Positions 20,014 through 31,247 are shown, counted from the whole stretch's first letter. The stretch is 63,410 nucleotides of DNA, filler included, from an uncultured Chlamydiae bacterium (GCA_937899275.1; 7 parts of 7 records of this genome joined end to end with filler, not necessarily neighbours in it); one strand, 5' to 3'. Translations and numbers: made by a program. Notes: generated from the letters alone by a model not told the origin.

Positions 20014-21379
20014 ATGAATAAAGAAGCTCTTATAGACACCCCCAAAAAAGCAAAAAAAACCAACGACTACATGGTCGTCAAAAGACACGGCCAGCTTGTT
20101 TCTTTCGAAAAAGAGCGCATTTTTTACGCTATACAAGCCGCCTTTCAAGAAGAAATAGGCTCAGAACAAAATGCGTCTATTATCAAAGAATTAACAGAAT
20201 ATATTTCTGATGCTTTACTAGAAAAAGCAGAAAAAGGCGCCTCTCTTACAGTAGAGGGTATTCAAGATTTTGTCGAAATCTCTTTGATGAAAAAGGGATT
20301 TCATAATGTAGCGAAAAGCTACATCTTGTACCGCAATGAAAGGACAAAAAAACGCAACAAAGACCCTTCCCACATCAAAATTTTTCGTCAGGATAAACAA
20401 ACTCTTGTCCGTTTCAATCCCATTAAAATTGCCTCTTCTATTGAAAGGTGCCTGCGTCTTTCTAATAAAACGGTAGAGCGCACCTCAAAAGAGTTAGCAG
20501 AAATCGTCAATACCCTCACAGAAAAAGTGGTAGCAGGCGCAGTAGCAAGAGCGCAAGAAGGAGAGGCTATTTATGTAAAAGACATCCAAGATGCGATAGA
20601 AAAAGCGTTAATGGAACAAAAGTTTTTTGATGCAGCAAAAGAGTTTATCATCAAAAGAACACAAAAAGAAGGAAGCTCTCCTTATACCTCTGGATCGGTT
20701 TCTGCTACAGAAAACGGACAAAAACAATTTACCTTTCAGACAAAAGAAGGTGAGCAAAAAACCATTAGTGAATTAGCTCTTTTAGATAAATTCCGTTTTG
20801 CATGTCGAGGTCTTGAAGATATCGTCTCTGTTCAAGATCTTTTGCAAACGTCCACCATGCAGTTTTACGATGGGATCAAAGAACATGAAATTGATTTATC
20901 CAATATTTTTTCTGCCCGGACAAAAATTGAGAAGGATCCAGCTTATGCAAAAGTTGCTTCTAGACTGTTACTCGATGTTCTTTATCGAGAAACCATCGGT
21001 ATATCTGCATCAGACCCTTCCTTAAAAAAAGCGCACGCGGCCTATTTTACAAAATTGGTTCCCCACGGCGTTAGAATCGGCAGGCTTCATGAAAACCTAC
21101 TCGACTTTGATCTAGAGTTTTTAGCTGAGCAAATGGACATAGAAAGCGACGATCTTTTTCAATATCTTGGTCTACAAACTCTATATGATCGTTATTTAAT
21201 TCATGAACAAGAAAGGCGCTTAGAAACTCCCCAAATCTTTTGGATGAGAGTGGCTATGGGTCTTGCGATGAATGAAGAGAAGAAAAATGAACGCGCCGTA
21301 CAATTTTACCAGATTTTATCAAAATTTTTATTTGTATCAAGTACGCCTACGCTATTTAATTCAGGCACAAAACACCCAC
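20014..21379 (+). CDS. nrdA: Ribonucleotide reductase class I alpha subunit with repeated N-terminal ATP cones (partial)
   Basis: VVKR.G ATP cones, LQTLYDRY, ETPQ.FWMRVAMG, SSTPTLFNSG; cut by contig end. Confidence 0.95.
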
Positions 21380-21479
21380 NNNNNNNNNNNNNNNNNNNNN
21401 NNNNNNNNNNNNNNNNNNNNNNNTTAATTAATTAANNNNNNNNNNNNNNNNNNNNNNNNNNNNNNNNNNNNNNNNNNNN

Positions 21480-21740
21480 GATATGATTCCTTATTTAAGA
21501 CAACATAGTGCAAAAAGAATTGCCCAAGACCCCGCTTATAAAGAGTTTTTAGCCAATCAGGAAAATATCCGAAAAAGATTAGCAGGAGATGCTACAGCTC
21601 CCGTCGATCTCAACCGCAACTTCAGCGAAGATGATCTACAGATGCAAGAAGCGATTTATGTGATGCGCGATATGATTTACCTTCACAGGCAAGTTAAACA
21701 ATCAGCTACTCCTCATCTGCCCTTACAGAAAAGCGCTTAA
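21480..21740 (+). CDS. tsp: C-terminal fragment of tail-specific protease
   Basis: L...S..RI..DP.Y..F and D.Q..EA..V..DMI resemble the Tsp/Prc C-terminal domain; 5' part missing. Confidence 0.7.
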   Translation, partial: DMIPYLRQHSAKRIAQDPAYKEFLANQENIRKRLAGDATAPVDLNRNFSEDDLQMQEAIYVMRDMIYLHRQVKQSATPHLPLQKSA

Positions 21741-21843
21741 AAAGGCTGCTTTCTTCTAGATCGCCTATTTTCTTCCTAGGGGAATCATTTCTTTTTCTTA
21801 TTTACGAAAATCTCCTTCTAGCTCTATTATAATTTTTCAACCT

Positions 21844-21916
<73 letters not shown>

Positions 21917-21920
21917 CATT

Positions 21921-21962
21921 GCCGGACGTTTTGGTAGAAATACCCAAACTTCCGGCTTTTTT
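21921..21962 (+). terminator. Intrinsic terminator after tRNA-Phe
   Basis: GCCGGA..GTTT.GGTA-GAAA-TACC.AAAC.TCCGGC hairpin followed by a T run. Confidence 0.7.
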
Positions 21963-22188
21963 ATTGCGTAAATCCTTCTGAAATAAGCCGATAAGCAATC
22001 TCTTTTTCAAATTCTCTATTCCATTCAATGAGGATTGGCTTGGAAACGTTGATTCCCTTTTTATTTAAAAGTAAAGTTGTTGTGATTAATTTCGTTTTTT
22101 TGTATAACTTATTTAGTTTTAGAGGAATATTTATGATTTATTCATCATATAGCTATGCTAACGATATAGGATTTTTTTAAGACGCCCG

Positions 22189-23208
22189 TTGGTTAAATTA
22201 ACAACTAATGTGGCGATTTCCCTTTCTCACTCTCCTCACAATACTACACAAGCTCAAAAAGTTGCAAAAATAGCCCTCCAGTGTTTTATCGCAGCTGTGT
22301 GTGTGTTGCCAGCAGGGATTCTATGGCTAATCGGAAGGGGTATATGTTGTTTAAGTAATGCCCAAATCAATTATGCGAAATTATCTTCATCTCCCAAACC
22401 TATTCAAGTAGTAGCAGGAGCCACTGATTATAATATAAATTTGATGGTTCTTTATACTAAATATGTTGCACTTGGGATTAAGGAAAATCTAGAACCAGGC
22501 AAAACATCAAAAGAAGACTGTTTGCGTCTGCTATGTAATAAGATACAAACCGCGCATCAAGATATTTATCCTGACAACGCTAACAAGCGGTTCATGTTTT
22601 GCCAGCAAGTGTCTCTTTATCTGAAAGCTATTTTACAAAAGATGCGTTCAGGCGATATAGATAATGACAAAGAAGAACAGATCTTAAAGGAATTAGCAGA
22701 AGCTTCAACTCGTTGTTATCCTACATGGTTGCAGACTGCTTATAGTCTATATGCAGATGTTCATAATCAGGAAGAAACGGTCCCCGATAAATTGTTGCGT
22801 GCAATCCAAGAGTATAAAGAATCTTTAACTTTAGAGTTTGTGCAGAACGAGCTTGGTTTGCAATGGCATGCTCTAAATTTTGTAAGAAATATTCTCGGGG
22901 CTGAATTAGGTTTTGATACCGAGTTAAACGAATTGGATCCTTATGGAGGCCAGCAAGATAATATATTTGGTAAAGCCTTAACAAAGTGGCTGTTTTTACA
23001 AAAATATACCGATGTTAATCGTTTAGTCGAGGCTATAAGAACAAAAATCAACGCTAAACCTTTCGATTCGTCCTATTATGATTATTTGGTTGAAAAGGTG
23101 GAGAGCTCTCAACAGGGTGATATACAGGAAATTTTTTATGATGAGAATTATCAGTTAACATATGAAGGCGTAAGCTTTATGCTTCATTCCATGAAGATTC
23201 TACGATAG
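22189..23208 (+). CDS. Hypothetical effector-like protein with N-terminal hydrophobic segment
   Basis: 339-aa ORF with S/T-rich start, one hydrophobic stretch and a helical body; no family recognised. Confidence 0.6.
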   Translation: MVKLTTNVAISLSHSPHNTTQAQKVAKIALQCFIAAVCVLPAGILWLIGRGICCLSNAQINYAKLSSSPKPIQVVAGATDYNINLMVLYTKYVALGIKENLEPGKTSKEDCLRLLCNKIQTAHQDIYPDNANKRFMFCQQVSLYLKAILQKMRSGDIDNDKEEQILKELAEASTRCYPTWLQTAYSLYADVHNQEETVPDKLLRAIQEYKESLTLEFVQNELGLQWHALNFVRNILGAELGFDTELNELDPYGGQQDNIFGKALTKWLFLQKYTDVNRLVEAIRTKINAKPFDSSYYDYLVEKVESSQQGDIQEIFYDENYQLTYEGVSFMLHSMKILR

Positions 23209-23295
23209 TAAGACCGATTCTAGAAAGAAAAGTTTATAATTAAAACATTCAAGAAAGTCATTGCTGGAACGTAGGCTTGCTGCTGCAGATGATTC

Positions 23296-23739
23296 CTACC
23301 GGGTGAGTTTTGCTGCATAGCTTTTTTTTCTATCAAATTCACAAGAATCCTCACAACACTTGCAATACCTTTTATTGTATAAATGCAAAAAGAATAACAA
23401 AAAAGCCGATGCGTAATTTAGTTGTAGGGGTAGTTTAATGAAAGTACTATGATGATTTATTGTCAGAAACGTAAGAGCTGAGAACGCGCTATACAGCGCT
23501 ATCTTAACCCATGTATGGGAACTGATTTTAGATGCAAAGTGTATTGCAACAAATGATATGATTAAGAAAATGAAATCAATTGCTTTCCACCAAAGTGGAC
23601 TGCTCGCACAACAGCTCATGCTGCATGCTTGCGCAATAAAAATAAATGGTGTGATGATGCAGTGGATTAAACATAAGCTTGAACTTGCCATACCAATAGC
23701 ATCGGCAGATAAATAATTTTTTCTTATCGATTGCGCCAT
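23296..23739 (-). CDS. MerC-domain membrane protein
   Basis: D..G...S.LC.IHC...P motif and four TM helices; Cys-rich. Confidence 0.8.
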   Translation of the reverse strand: MAQSIRKNYLSADAIGMASSSLCLIHCIITPFIFIAQACSMSCCASSPLWWKAIDFIFLIISFVAIHFASKISSHTWVKIALYSAFSALTFLTINHHSTFIKLPLQLNYASAFLLFFLHLYNKRYCKCCEDSCEFDRKKSYAAKLTR

Positions 23740-23760
23740 CTTGTTTTTTCTCTACTACTT

Positions 23761-24999
23761 TTAATGAGAGTGTGCAGGCTCTATAGCCTGTTCGAACCAT
23801 TTTGGAAAAGGATCTGTTAAGTGGTGGTATTTTTTCGGTTCGCTCAGGTAATCTTGTATAAGGCATGCGTCGAGCTGTTCGCAGATTTTTGCTTCATTCA
23901 TGATCCCTTTAAAGCCGATAAACACCATTTCTTGTCTTCTATCTCCAAGCTCTTTATTCCAATGCGTTTTGATCATTTCGTCAAAGTTGGGTGTAATAGG
24001 CCAGTTTTCTTTCGGTACTGCCACCCACCAGCGTCCAATTCCCTTGTGACGCACAATAGATCCCGCTATAGAAAATTCGCCGACGAAGTCGGGTCTAGTA
24101 GATAGCCAGAAAAAACCTTTTGCGCGTAATAAACCGTCGCACTCTAGGCTGAAAAAATGATGGAGTTTCACAGGATCAAAGGGGTTTTTTGCTCGATAGA
24201 CAAAACTTGTGATGCCATACTCGTCTGTTTCCGGGACATGGTCTTTAAAGTTGTAAAGCTCTTGGGCCCAAAGAGGGTGGTTTTCCGCTTCTTCTAAATT
24301 GAACATACCAGTATCCATGACTTCATGCAGATCTACTTTTGCATTAGTTGTCTCGATAAGCTTCGCTTTAGCGTTTAGGCTGCGGATAATGACTTTTGCA
24401 GCTTTTAACTCCTCTTTTGAAACAAGGTCAATCTTGTTAAGTACGATCACATTAGCAAATTCAATTTGCTCAACTAACAGGTCAACTACTGTGCGCTCAT
24501 CTTGTTCGCCAAGGCTTTCTCCCTGGTCTTTTAACAGATCTGTTGAACTGTAGTTCTGCGTGAGATTTGCGGTATCTACGACGGTAACCATTGTATCTAA
24601 TAAGGCAAGATCGGAAAGGCTATTGCCCTCTTCATCGCGGAATTCAAAAGTCGTAGCAACCGGTAAAGGCTCTGAAATCCCAGTACTCTCAATTAAAAGA
24701 TAATCAAATCTTTCCTCGGCGGCCAGGTCACGTACTTGTACTAAAAGATCTTCACGCAAGGTGCAGCAAATGCAGCCATTACTCATCTCTACAAGCTTTT
24801 CCTCCGTCTTGGAAAGCTTATTTCCATCTCTGTCGACTAAATCGGCGTCGATGTTCACATCGCTCATATCATTGACAATTACAGCCACTTTTTTGCCTTC
24901 TCGGTTATGTAGAATATGATTGAGAAGCGTTGTTTTCCCCGCTCCCAAGAAGCCAGATAGAACAGTAACGGGCAGTTTTTTTTGCAATTTTTCTTTCAT
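23761..24999 (-). CDS. COG0523 zinc metallochaperone GTPase (ZigA/YciC type)
   Basis: [37 protein letters not shown] and GDRRQE.VFIG motifs. Confidence 0.95.
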   Translation of the reverse strand: MKEKLQKKLPVTVLSGFLGAGKTTLLNHILHNREGKKVAVIVNDMSDVNIDADLVDRDGNKLSKTEEKLVEMSNGCICCTLREDLLVQVRDLAAEERFDYLLIESTGISEPLPVATTFEFRDEEGNSLSDLALLDTMVTVVDTANLTQNYSSTDLLKDQGESLGEQDERTVVDLLVEQIEFANVIVLNKIDLVSKEELKAAKVIIRSLNAKAKLIETTNAKVDLHEVMDTGMFNLEEAENHPLWAQELYNFKDHVPETDEYGITSFVYRAKNPFDPVKLHHFFSLECDGLLRAKGFFWLSTRPDFVGEFSIAGSIVRHKGIGRWWVAVPKENWPITPNFDEMIKTHWNKELGDRRQEMVFIGFKGIMNEAKICEQLDACLIQDYLSEPKKYHHLTDPFPKWFEQAIEPAHSH

Positions 25000-25071
25000 A
25001 ATTGAGCCGATGGATACATTCTTATTTTGTTAAATTTCATCTATAAAAAGGTTGGGTTGACTATTTCTTTA

Positions 25072-25088
25072 GTGTTATAATGTAACAT
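25072..25088. promoter_or_regulatory. Zur box between the divergent COG0523 and zur genes
   Basis: GTGTTATAATGTAACAT matches the proteobacterial Zur core TGTTATAwTATAACA. Confidence 0.8.
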
Positions 25089-25134
25089 ATTATAGAATGA
25101 TATGCAATAGAATCAAGAAAAAACGGAGAGCTAG

Positions 25135-25566
25135 TTGACGCACAAGGTTATCGAAAGAGCAAAGGCATTTTGTATCCAGGAAAAACAGCGACTTACAAGG
25201 CCGCGCGTTGAGGTTCTAAAAATCATTGCAGAAAGCGCCAAGCCGGTAGGCGCCTATGCGATACTAGCGGAGTTAAGCCGAGTTTTTGATGATCCCAAGC
25301 CGCAAACCGTTTACCGCGCTATTGATTTTTGGCTCGAAACCGGTTTTATTCATCATGTGACTAGCTTGAATGCCTATATACTTTGTCAAGCAGGCCAAAG
25401 GCATAAAGGCTCCCAGTTTATGCTATGCGATATTTGCGGTAGGGCAGTAGAGGCTCCATTTAGTGATATGCCGCCAAGCTTGCAGGAGTGTATGGCAAAA
25501 GAAGGCTTTACTCCTTCTCAGTGGTCTTTAGAGGTGCGCGGCTCATGTAGCAAATGCCAAAATTAA
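25135..25566 (+). CDS. zur: Fur-family regulator, Zur type
   Basis: RLT.PR..VL, GAY.IL, P.TVYRAIDF and two CxxC motifs (CDIC, CSKC); adjacent Zur box. Confidence 0.85.
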   Translation: MTHKVIERAKAFCIQEKQRLTRPRVEVLKIIAESAKPVGAYAILAELSRVFDDPKPQTVYRAIDFWLETGFIHHVTSLNAYILCQAGQRHKGSQFMLCDICGRAVEAPFSDMPPSLQECMAKEGFTPSQWSLEVRGSCSKCQN

Positions 25567-25710
25567 AAGAGCCTGCACTGCAGGCGCTTCACGCCTATGT
25601 ATTCATGAGAAAAGTCGAGGTATTGGTGGGCTGCGCTCGCTGCAAAACGCTGTAAAAACTTAGAAAAAAGCAGACTTCCCTTACAAACAATTGTTCTGAA
25701 AATACGTTTT

Positions 25711-27012
25711 TTAAAGAGCGAAAATTCTTAGAAAGACGCTGGTAACGGTGATGATTAGAGCGCCTCCGCCAGCGCATATATAGCCAGTAGTGTTACGGGC
25801 ATTATTCGCTTGCCACTTAGCCATGTCTTTTAAGGATATATTAGATGGAACGTATATATTTAGATAAGCACTTGGAATATTCGAGCTAATGGTATCTTCT
25901 AGCGCTTTAAGCCGCTCATCGAATAAGGCAATCTCTGTAGGGTAGGGCTGAAGCGCTATTCTTTTCTGGTTGATATGCGCCTGTCTTAAGTCTTTTAGGG
26001 CAGACCAGCTGCTGTTGTAGCGTACTTTGTTCCACTCCATGTCAATCAGCTGCGCGTAGTCCCGTAAATCTTTTTGGATGGAGCGTTTTTTGCTAGCGGC
26101 AAATAGATGGGAGGCGACAAGAGCTACTATGCACATACATCCAATCATTGCTGCTGCTAGAGAAACGGGAAGGGTAGCTGCAGCGTAAGGTAAGGTGCCT
26201 GCTGCTGCTAAAATCAACCCTAGCCATTTTGTGAGTGTAGTTGTTGCATAAAGGCCTGTGATGATGGGCTTGATCCATAAGTTATTCGATCGAATTGCAT
26301 GGCCTCGTAGTTTAGTGCCATCATAGTAGTGGCCCATTGTGTAATATTCAGGGCACTCTCTGACGGTAAACTGATTGTTTATTGCGCCGTAAATCGACCC
26401 CATAATGATGGGAAGCGCGCATATTTGCACTGCCGCTACAGGAATAAAAACAGCGCCTGCTGCTAGCAAGGTCCATCCAAGAGATTGGTACACAATAATC
26501 CGGGTACCATCGTAGTTTGAAAGTACTGTATTTTTAAGGCCTATCATTGAGTGTACAATTTTTTCGCCGGCATGCCATGCGCAAAGTCCTAATCCGGTCG
26601 ATACGAACTCAATAGCTCTCTCTGTAGATCTTACCGCATGATACGCTGCTTTTATGCTGGCTGCGATCATATGCAGTGGAATAACAACAATATTTTTTAC
26701 ACAAGCGGCAGCATTGATCGATCCTTTACCGAGTCTTGCGATTTCTCCGATAAGGGTAAAGGGAGCGATAACAACCGTAGAGATCATTTGCCCCAAGAAA
26801 TACATTGTATGTTTCGTCTCATTCGATAGCGCATGGATATACCACTTCAAATCGTTACGCAAGATCACGTTTTGCGGTACTAGATCATCGGCCTTATGGG
26901 GCATTTTTGGGTCCTTAATCTGATACGTCGCTCGGGCAGCTTGTCGCTGTTGATCTCCCCAATCGGTAAATTGTTCTAGCAGGCTTTTTGAGGGTAGCGT
27001 TTGTACTGACAT
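25711..27012 (-). CDS. Hypothetical multi-pass membrane protein
   Basis: 433-aa ORF with several hydrophobic helices and a NQFTVRECPEYYTMGH segment. Confidence 0.6.
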   Translation of the reverse strand: MSVQTLPSKSLLEQFTDWGDQQRQAARATYQIKDPKMPHKADDLVPQNVILRNDLKWYIHALSNETKHTMYFLGQMISTVVIAPFTLIGEIARLGKGSINAAACVKNIVVIPLHMIAASIKAAYHAVRSTERAIEFVSTGLGLCAWHAGEKIVHSMIGLKNTVLSNYDGTRIIVYQSLGWTLLAAGAVFIPVAAVQICALPIIMGSIYGAINNQFTVRECPEYYTMGHYYDGTKLRGHAIRSNNLWIKPIITGLYATTTLTKWLGLILAAAGTLPYAAATLPVSLAAAMIGCMCIVALVASHLFAASKKRSIQKDLRDYAQLIDMEWNKVRYNSSWSALKDLRQAHINQKRIALQPYPTEIALFDERLKALEDTISSNIPSAYLNIYVPSNISLKDMAKWQANNARNTTGYICAGGGALIITVTSVFLRIFAL

Positions 27013-27331
27013 TATCTTTAAAAAAGTGCTTTTAATATTTTATTAATCAATAATAAAAAATGATTTCATTAATTTAAAGTAAAATCATACTAAAATTTAT
27101 TAAAATTATTAGTAGTATTAAAGATTTTATTTTTTTATGTCAGGATTTTAGAAAAACGAAATGAATGTACTGCGGCAAAACCACCGGTTAAATAGATTTT
27201 TACATCGAGGTTTTTTGAAAGTAGGCGGTAAGGATAGCGCTAAGGACTTTTGTCAAGATGCAGAACCAAAACTTTAGAGCGCATCTCCTTTCTCAGAGTC
27301 ACCTCGGAACAGGTCACCTTTCGGTAAGTTT

Positions 27332-27766
27332 TTATTTCAAAAAAGAAGCTAAAATATTTTTCCCATATTGGTAGTGTTCTAATTTCGTATATAGCTCTAG
27401 TCCATGATTAGGAGAAAAAATGGCATAAATTGCGGCAACTTCAAGGGCGCAAAGAATAAACGGCGCAGCCACTATTTGTTTTATGGTATAATTCATAAGT
27501 TTGAATTCATCTTTATACTGATCTAGGCTTTTGAAAGAACTTATAACGATGAAAAAAGCCATACTAAATAATAAGGCAGATACTACAGTTGCAATCACAT
27601 GAACAATAGGGCTTGCTATAACTAAAAGAGTCGCTTTTATCCGGGGAGAGCTTAGGCACGAATTCTGATGATTGTGTACGTCCGCTGCGTTAACTGCCTG
27701 GTCTACGGTGGTAATCTGTGAGTTCCTTACACACTGGCCTATAGGCGCTATCGTTGATGTAGTCAT
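27332..27766 (-). CDS. Hypothetical membrane protein, paralog of 27980-28519
   Basis: Shares PIVHVIA and CALE..AIYAIFSP..G..LY..(L/F)E..QYG with its neighbour. Confidence 0.65.
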   Translation of the reverse strand: MTTSTIAPIGQCVRNSQITTVDQAVNAADVHNHQNSCLSSPRIKATLLVIASPIVHVIATVVSALLFSMAFFIVISSFKSLDQYKDEFKLMNYTIKQIVAAPFILCALEVAAIYAIFSPNHGLELYTKLEHYQYGKNILASFLK

Positions 27767-27979
27767 AAATTCCTCAGTTTTTATATTATTATACTGAATT
27801 TTAATATTATTTTTAAATAATAATGTAAATGTATAAATTGTAATTAATTAGATCAGTCTTTAATTGATCAGCAGATGGAGTTCACCAGACATTTTTGCTT
27901 AGGAAGACGGTGGATGCTTGGCTATACTTTTTGCTATGAGCAGCTTTTGGAAACTAGATGTCGATACAGCGCTACACCT

Positions 27980-28519
27980 TTACCATGCAGACGGAGCGCC
28001 AGGTTCACCTCCGAATAGATGCTCTTTAGGATTTGGTTGAAAACAAGGGGCTAAAACACTTCTGCCATATTGGAGGCGTTCGAAGCTGGCATATAGTTTT
28101 CTTCCATTATAAGGGGAAAAAATGGCATAAATTGCGGAAATTTCAAGAGCGCAAACAACAAGCGGCGCAGTCAAGATTTTTCCTACGCAATACCCTATGG
28201 TGTACAAGTCTTCTTCAAGAGAGCCTTCTTGTATTAGCATGATTCTAAGTAAAGACCCGATGATTCTAAAGATAGAAACCGCGATTGATAGTACAGCTGC
28301 AATCACATGAACAATGGGGGCTCCTATAGCTAAGCAAATTGCTTTTCCCCGGATAGTGATTGGATATTCGTCCCAATACATATCGCCTGTGCTCGAATCA
28401 ATTATGCAAAGTACAAGGATATTATTACATGTAGACCATTCATTTACCGGTTGAAAATGAGCCCAAGTTAATTTGGGTGGAGGTGGTTCAGGTGAAAATG
28501 GTGTAGTTGCTTTAATCAT
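27980..28519 (-). CDS. Hypothetical membrane protein, paralog of 27332-27766
   Basis: Same motifs plus C-terminal LAPCFQP. Confidence 0.7.
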   Translation of the reverse strand: MIKATTPFSPEPPPPKLTWAHFQPVNEWSTCNNILVLCIIDSSTGDMYWDEYPITIRGKAICLAIGAPIVHVIAAVLSIAVSIFRIIGSLLRIMLIQEGSLEEDLYTIGYCVGKILTAPLVVCALEISAIYAIFSPYNGRKLYASFERLQYGRSVLAPCFQPNPKEHLFGGEPGAPSAW

Positions 28520-28710
28520 AAATCTCCCAATTTTTTATATTATTATATCAAATTTTAATTTTATTTTAAATAAATATTTTTATATTGTTTTTGTAAATTA
28601 GAATATAAATATATAAATTATAATTAGTTGAGGTTAGTTGTTGATGGATCGGTAGATGGGGAGAACTAGACGTTTTTCCCTAGAAAATGCGCTGTTTTCA
28701 GGCTATTTTC

Positions 28711-29496
28711 TTAAAAACGGATTAGACCAGATACGTTGACTTCATATTGATCTATATGGCGCGATTCTATGTTGAGGCTAAAGGTTTTTTCAGAAAGGAG
28801 GGTGATCCCCCAGACGAGACCAAAGGGGCGCTCGTTGATGTTATTTCTAAGGTTGTCATCTTCATATATAGAATCTTCCCCAATAGCAGGTATATCTAGT
28901 ACCACAAATCTGGGAGAGGGTAGGAGTTTAGCATTTAAGTACGTTGCTCCCAAATACCCAACGACCCTATCCCAGATGTAGGAAAATCCAAATGCGATTT
29001 GGGTCTCACTATAGGTGAAATCCAAATTGTTTTGGATAAAGGCAGGCTCTCCTGTGTCTAAAACGTAATAAACGGGCGTTTGCTTTGTCTCAAAATATTT
29101 TCCATCGATACCAAAAGAATACGCTCCCCATTGTAAAAGGACAGCTTTTCCCCCCACGCACCAAGAAAATTTTCTAGGCACAAATCCCAGTTCGTTTTCT
29201 TGCATTTTTGTGGAGCCTAAAATAGCGTATGCATCCAATCTATTGCAAAGGTTGATGGTGGTGATATTGGCATAAGTGGTCATGCCAAGATCGGTTTTCT
29301 CCGAGTTTTCTGTGATGAACTCATCTTTCATAGAAGTGCTGTAGGTATAATCGGAAAGATACCCCGTTCGAAAAGTTATGGGGTACTGCTCAGAAAATAC
29401 CGCGCCATTTTTATACAAGGTAGGCTCAGAAAAATTGCCCACGATATAAGAAAACGCAGGCAAAACCGGAAGGAAAAATGCGAGGAAATAGATCAT
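28711..29496 (-). CDS. MOMP-like chlamydial outer-membrane beta-barrel protein
   Basis: Signal peptide, VGN..EP.L, R.GY..DY, NRLD.Y..LGS, FSW.VGG, E.R.ID and terminal RF. Confidence 0.75.
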   Translation of the reverse strand: MIYFLAFFLPVLPAFSYIVGNFSEPTLYKNGAVFSEQYPITFRTGYLSDYTYSTSMKDEFITENSEKTDLGMTTYANITTINLCNRLDAYAILGSTKMQENELGFVPRKFSWCVGGKAVLLQWGAYSFGIDGKYFETKQTPVYYVLDTGEPAFIQNNLDFTYSETQIAFGFSYIWDRVVGYLGATYLNAKLLPSPRFVVLDIPAIGEDSIYEDDNLRNNINERPFGLVWGITLLSEKTFSLNIESRHIDQYEVNVSGLIRF

Positions 29497-29497
29497 A

Positions 29498-30343
29498 TCA
29501 GCAGCCCACTTTTTTCACGGTTTGGTCAATATACGAAGAAAAAAGCTGCATAAGGTGTGTAGTGATCGGTCCAGGTGCAGATAGCTGCATCTGATTGATA
29601 CCAGATAAGGGAACGATTTTTTGACTGGTAGATGTGATGAACGCCTCTTTTACATCCACAAGTTCTTTTTGGTGGAGCCGCCTTTTTTCTATTTTATACA
29701 AAGAATGGGCAAGGTCTAACACGATATTTCTTGTAATGCCTTGCAATATCTTTTCTTCCGCAGTGATGATCTGATCATTTTTGCAGAAGAAAACATTGGA
29801 AAATGCCCCTTCGTATAAAAAGCCGTTTTGATCAATATAAATGGCTTCCGCAGCATTTTTCTCTAGAGCTTTTTTTCTTGCCATAGTAGCTATGGTGTAA
29901 TTCAGGGATTTTATTTCATTAAGCTCCCGTACCGCAGGATAAGTAATGGCGCTGACTCCTTTTGTATACGATGCAGGATCAAAAGGGTAGGGGGGATAAG
30001 TCATTACAATAACAGTCGGGCTCGAAAAAGAAAGAGGCGTTGTATGATTTTGTGATGCGCCTCCCGTTACTAAAATTTTAATGAACGCATCTTGGAAGCG
30101 ATTTTTTTCTAAAAGCGCTTCGATGATGTTTTGCATTGAAGAACAAGAAACGCAATAAGCAATTTCTAATGTATCTAAAGTTTTTTGCAGTCTTTGCATA
30201 TGGTCTTGCAAGTGGAATAATTTACCGTGGTATGTTCTAAGAAACTCAAAACCGCCATACCCGCGAAGAAGGCCAATATCCCATACAGATATCTGCGCTT
30301 TTTCTTGTTCTACAAACTGTCCATTAATATATACGATCATCAA
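29498..30343 (-). CDS. PLP-dependent aminotransferase class IV (IlvE/Dat-like)
   Basis: YINGQF, RGYGGFE..RTY, KSLNY, EG..SN.F, ILQGITR, EAFITST. Confidence 0.9.
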   Translation of the reverse strand: MMIVYINGQFVEQEKAQISVWDIGLLRGYGGFEFLRTYHGKLFHLQDHMQRLQKTLDTLEIAYCVSCSSMQNIIEALLEKNRFQDAFIKILVTGGASQNHTTPLSFSSPTVIVMTYPPYPFDPASYTKGVSAITYPAVRELNEIKSLNYTIATMARKKALEKNAAEAIYIDQNGFLYEGAFSNVFFCKNDQIITAEEKILQGITRNIVLDLAHSLYKIEKRRLHQKELVDVKEAFITSTSQKIVPLSGINQMQLSAPGPITTHLMQLFSSYIDQTVKKVGC

Positions 30344-30443
30344 AGTGTCCCAATGGATGTGTGATTGTTTTACGGTATATTATAAAAACCCTTGCTAAAT
30401 AAAGCCCGCTATCTCTATGGAAAAGAAAAAGGGGATCTACACT

Positions 30444-30683
30444 ATGTCATTACAAGATACGATAGATGATATGCATGCGCTTTTTCAAGATCTAATAGAA
30501 GATTTAGAAAAAGCGGTAAAGGGAAATAAAACCGCTGCACAAAGGGTGCGAACAGGAACAATTCAGCTGGAAAAGCTGGGGAAGATCTATCGTAAACAAT
30601 CTATGCAAGAAGAAAAAAAGCAGCTACTCAAAAAACAAACAGCAAAAAAATCAGCCCGAAAAAAAACGCGGCCTAAGCGCTAG
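30444..30683 (+). CDS. hctA: Histone H1-like protein Hc1
   Basis: M.L.DT...M...KA.KGNKTAAQRVRTG.I.LEK..K.YRK with a short Lys-rich tail. Confidence 0.9.
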   Translation: MSLQDTIDDMHALFQDLIEDLEKAVKGNKTAAQRVRTGTIQLEKLGKIYRKQSMQEEKKQLLKKQTAKKSARKKTRPKR

Positions 30684-30857
30684 CTTAGCATGATTTTAGC
30701 TGTGTAGAAAAAAAGCTCTCTCCTATTTCGTGGGGTTTGCTATACTTCTTCCTAAATTACGTTTAGGGTTTGCGCCATAAGAGTTACACAAGAAAAATAC
30801 CATTGGACAAAAGAAGAGCTTCTCCAAAGTAGGTGGAGCCTACAAAATGAGACTCTT

Positions 30858-31247
30858 TTGGGGCTGGCATATTTTGTGGCCTCATACGCTTTATTCCGAT
30901 TGGGAGGCCTTTTATCCAACTTTGTGCGCGGTTATGGTCTCTTGTTTTCTCCAGCATTTAGCGCCCTTTTATCCACAGCATTTATTTTAACCACAAACCT
31001 TGTCAGTGGCATTATGTTATTGAAAGCGCCTCAGTTATTTATCATTGCATGGCGTAAATACCGCATTATTTCCGCATTGAAAACTCCGGTCCGCTTTGAT
31101 TTTAATACAAAATGTTTTTCTTGGAATACGCAAGAAAAACGGACATTTTCCTGCTCGATCAAAGGGGTATTTTTCCCTTGTATGCAGAAAAAAGCAGAAA
31201 TCATTAAAACGCCTACTTTACTAAACAATACAAAATATATCGTATGA
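30858..31247 (+). CDS. Hypothetical membrane protein (start uncertain)
   Basis: Two hydrophobic segments; ATGA overlap with rlmD; frame stays open upstream without ATG. Confidence 0.35.
   Translation: MGLAYFVASYALFRLGGLLSNFVRGYGLLFSPAFSALLSTAFILTTNLVSGIMLLKAPQLFIIAWRKYRIISALKTPVRFDFNTKCFSWNTQEKRTFSCSIKGVFFPCMQKKAEIIKTPTLLNNTKYIV

Noticed and set aside
20014..20900. Multiple ATP cones in NrdA as a novelty
   Set aside because: Already known for chlamydial NrdA.
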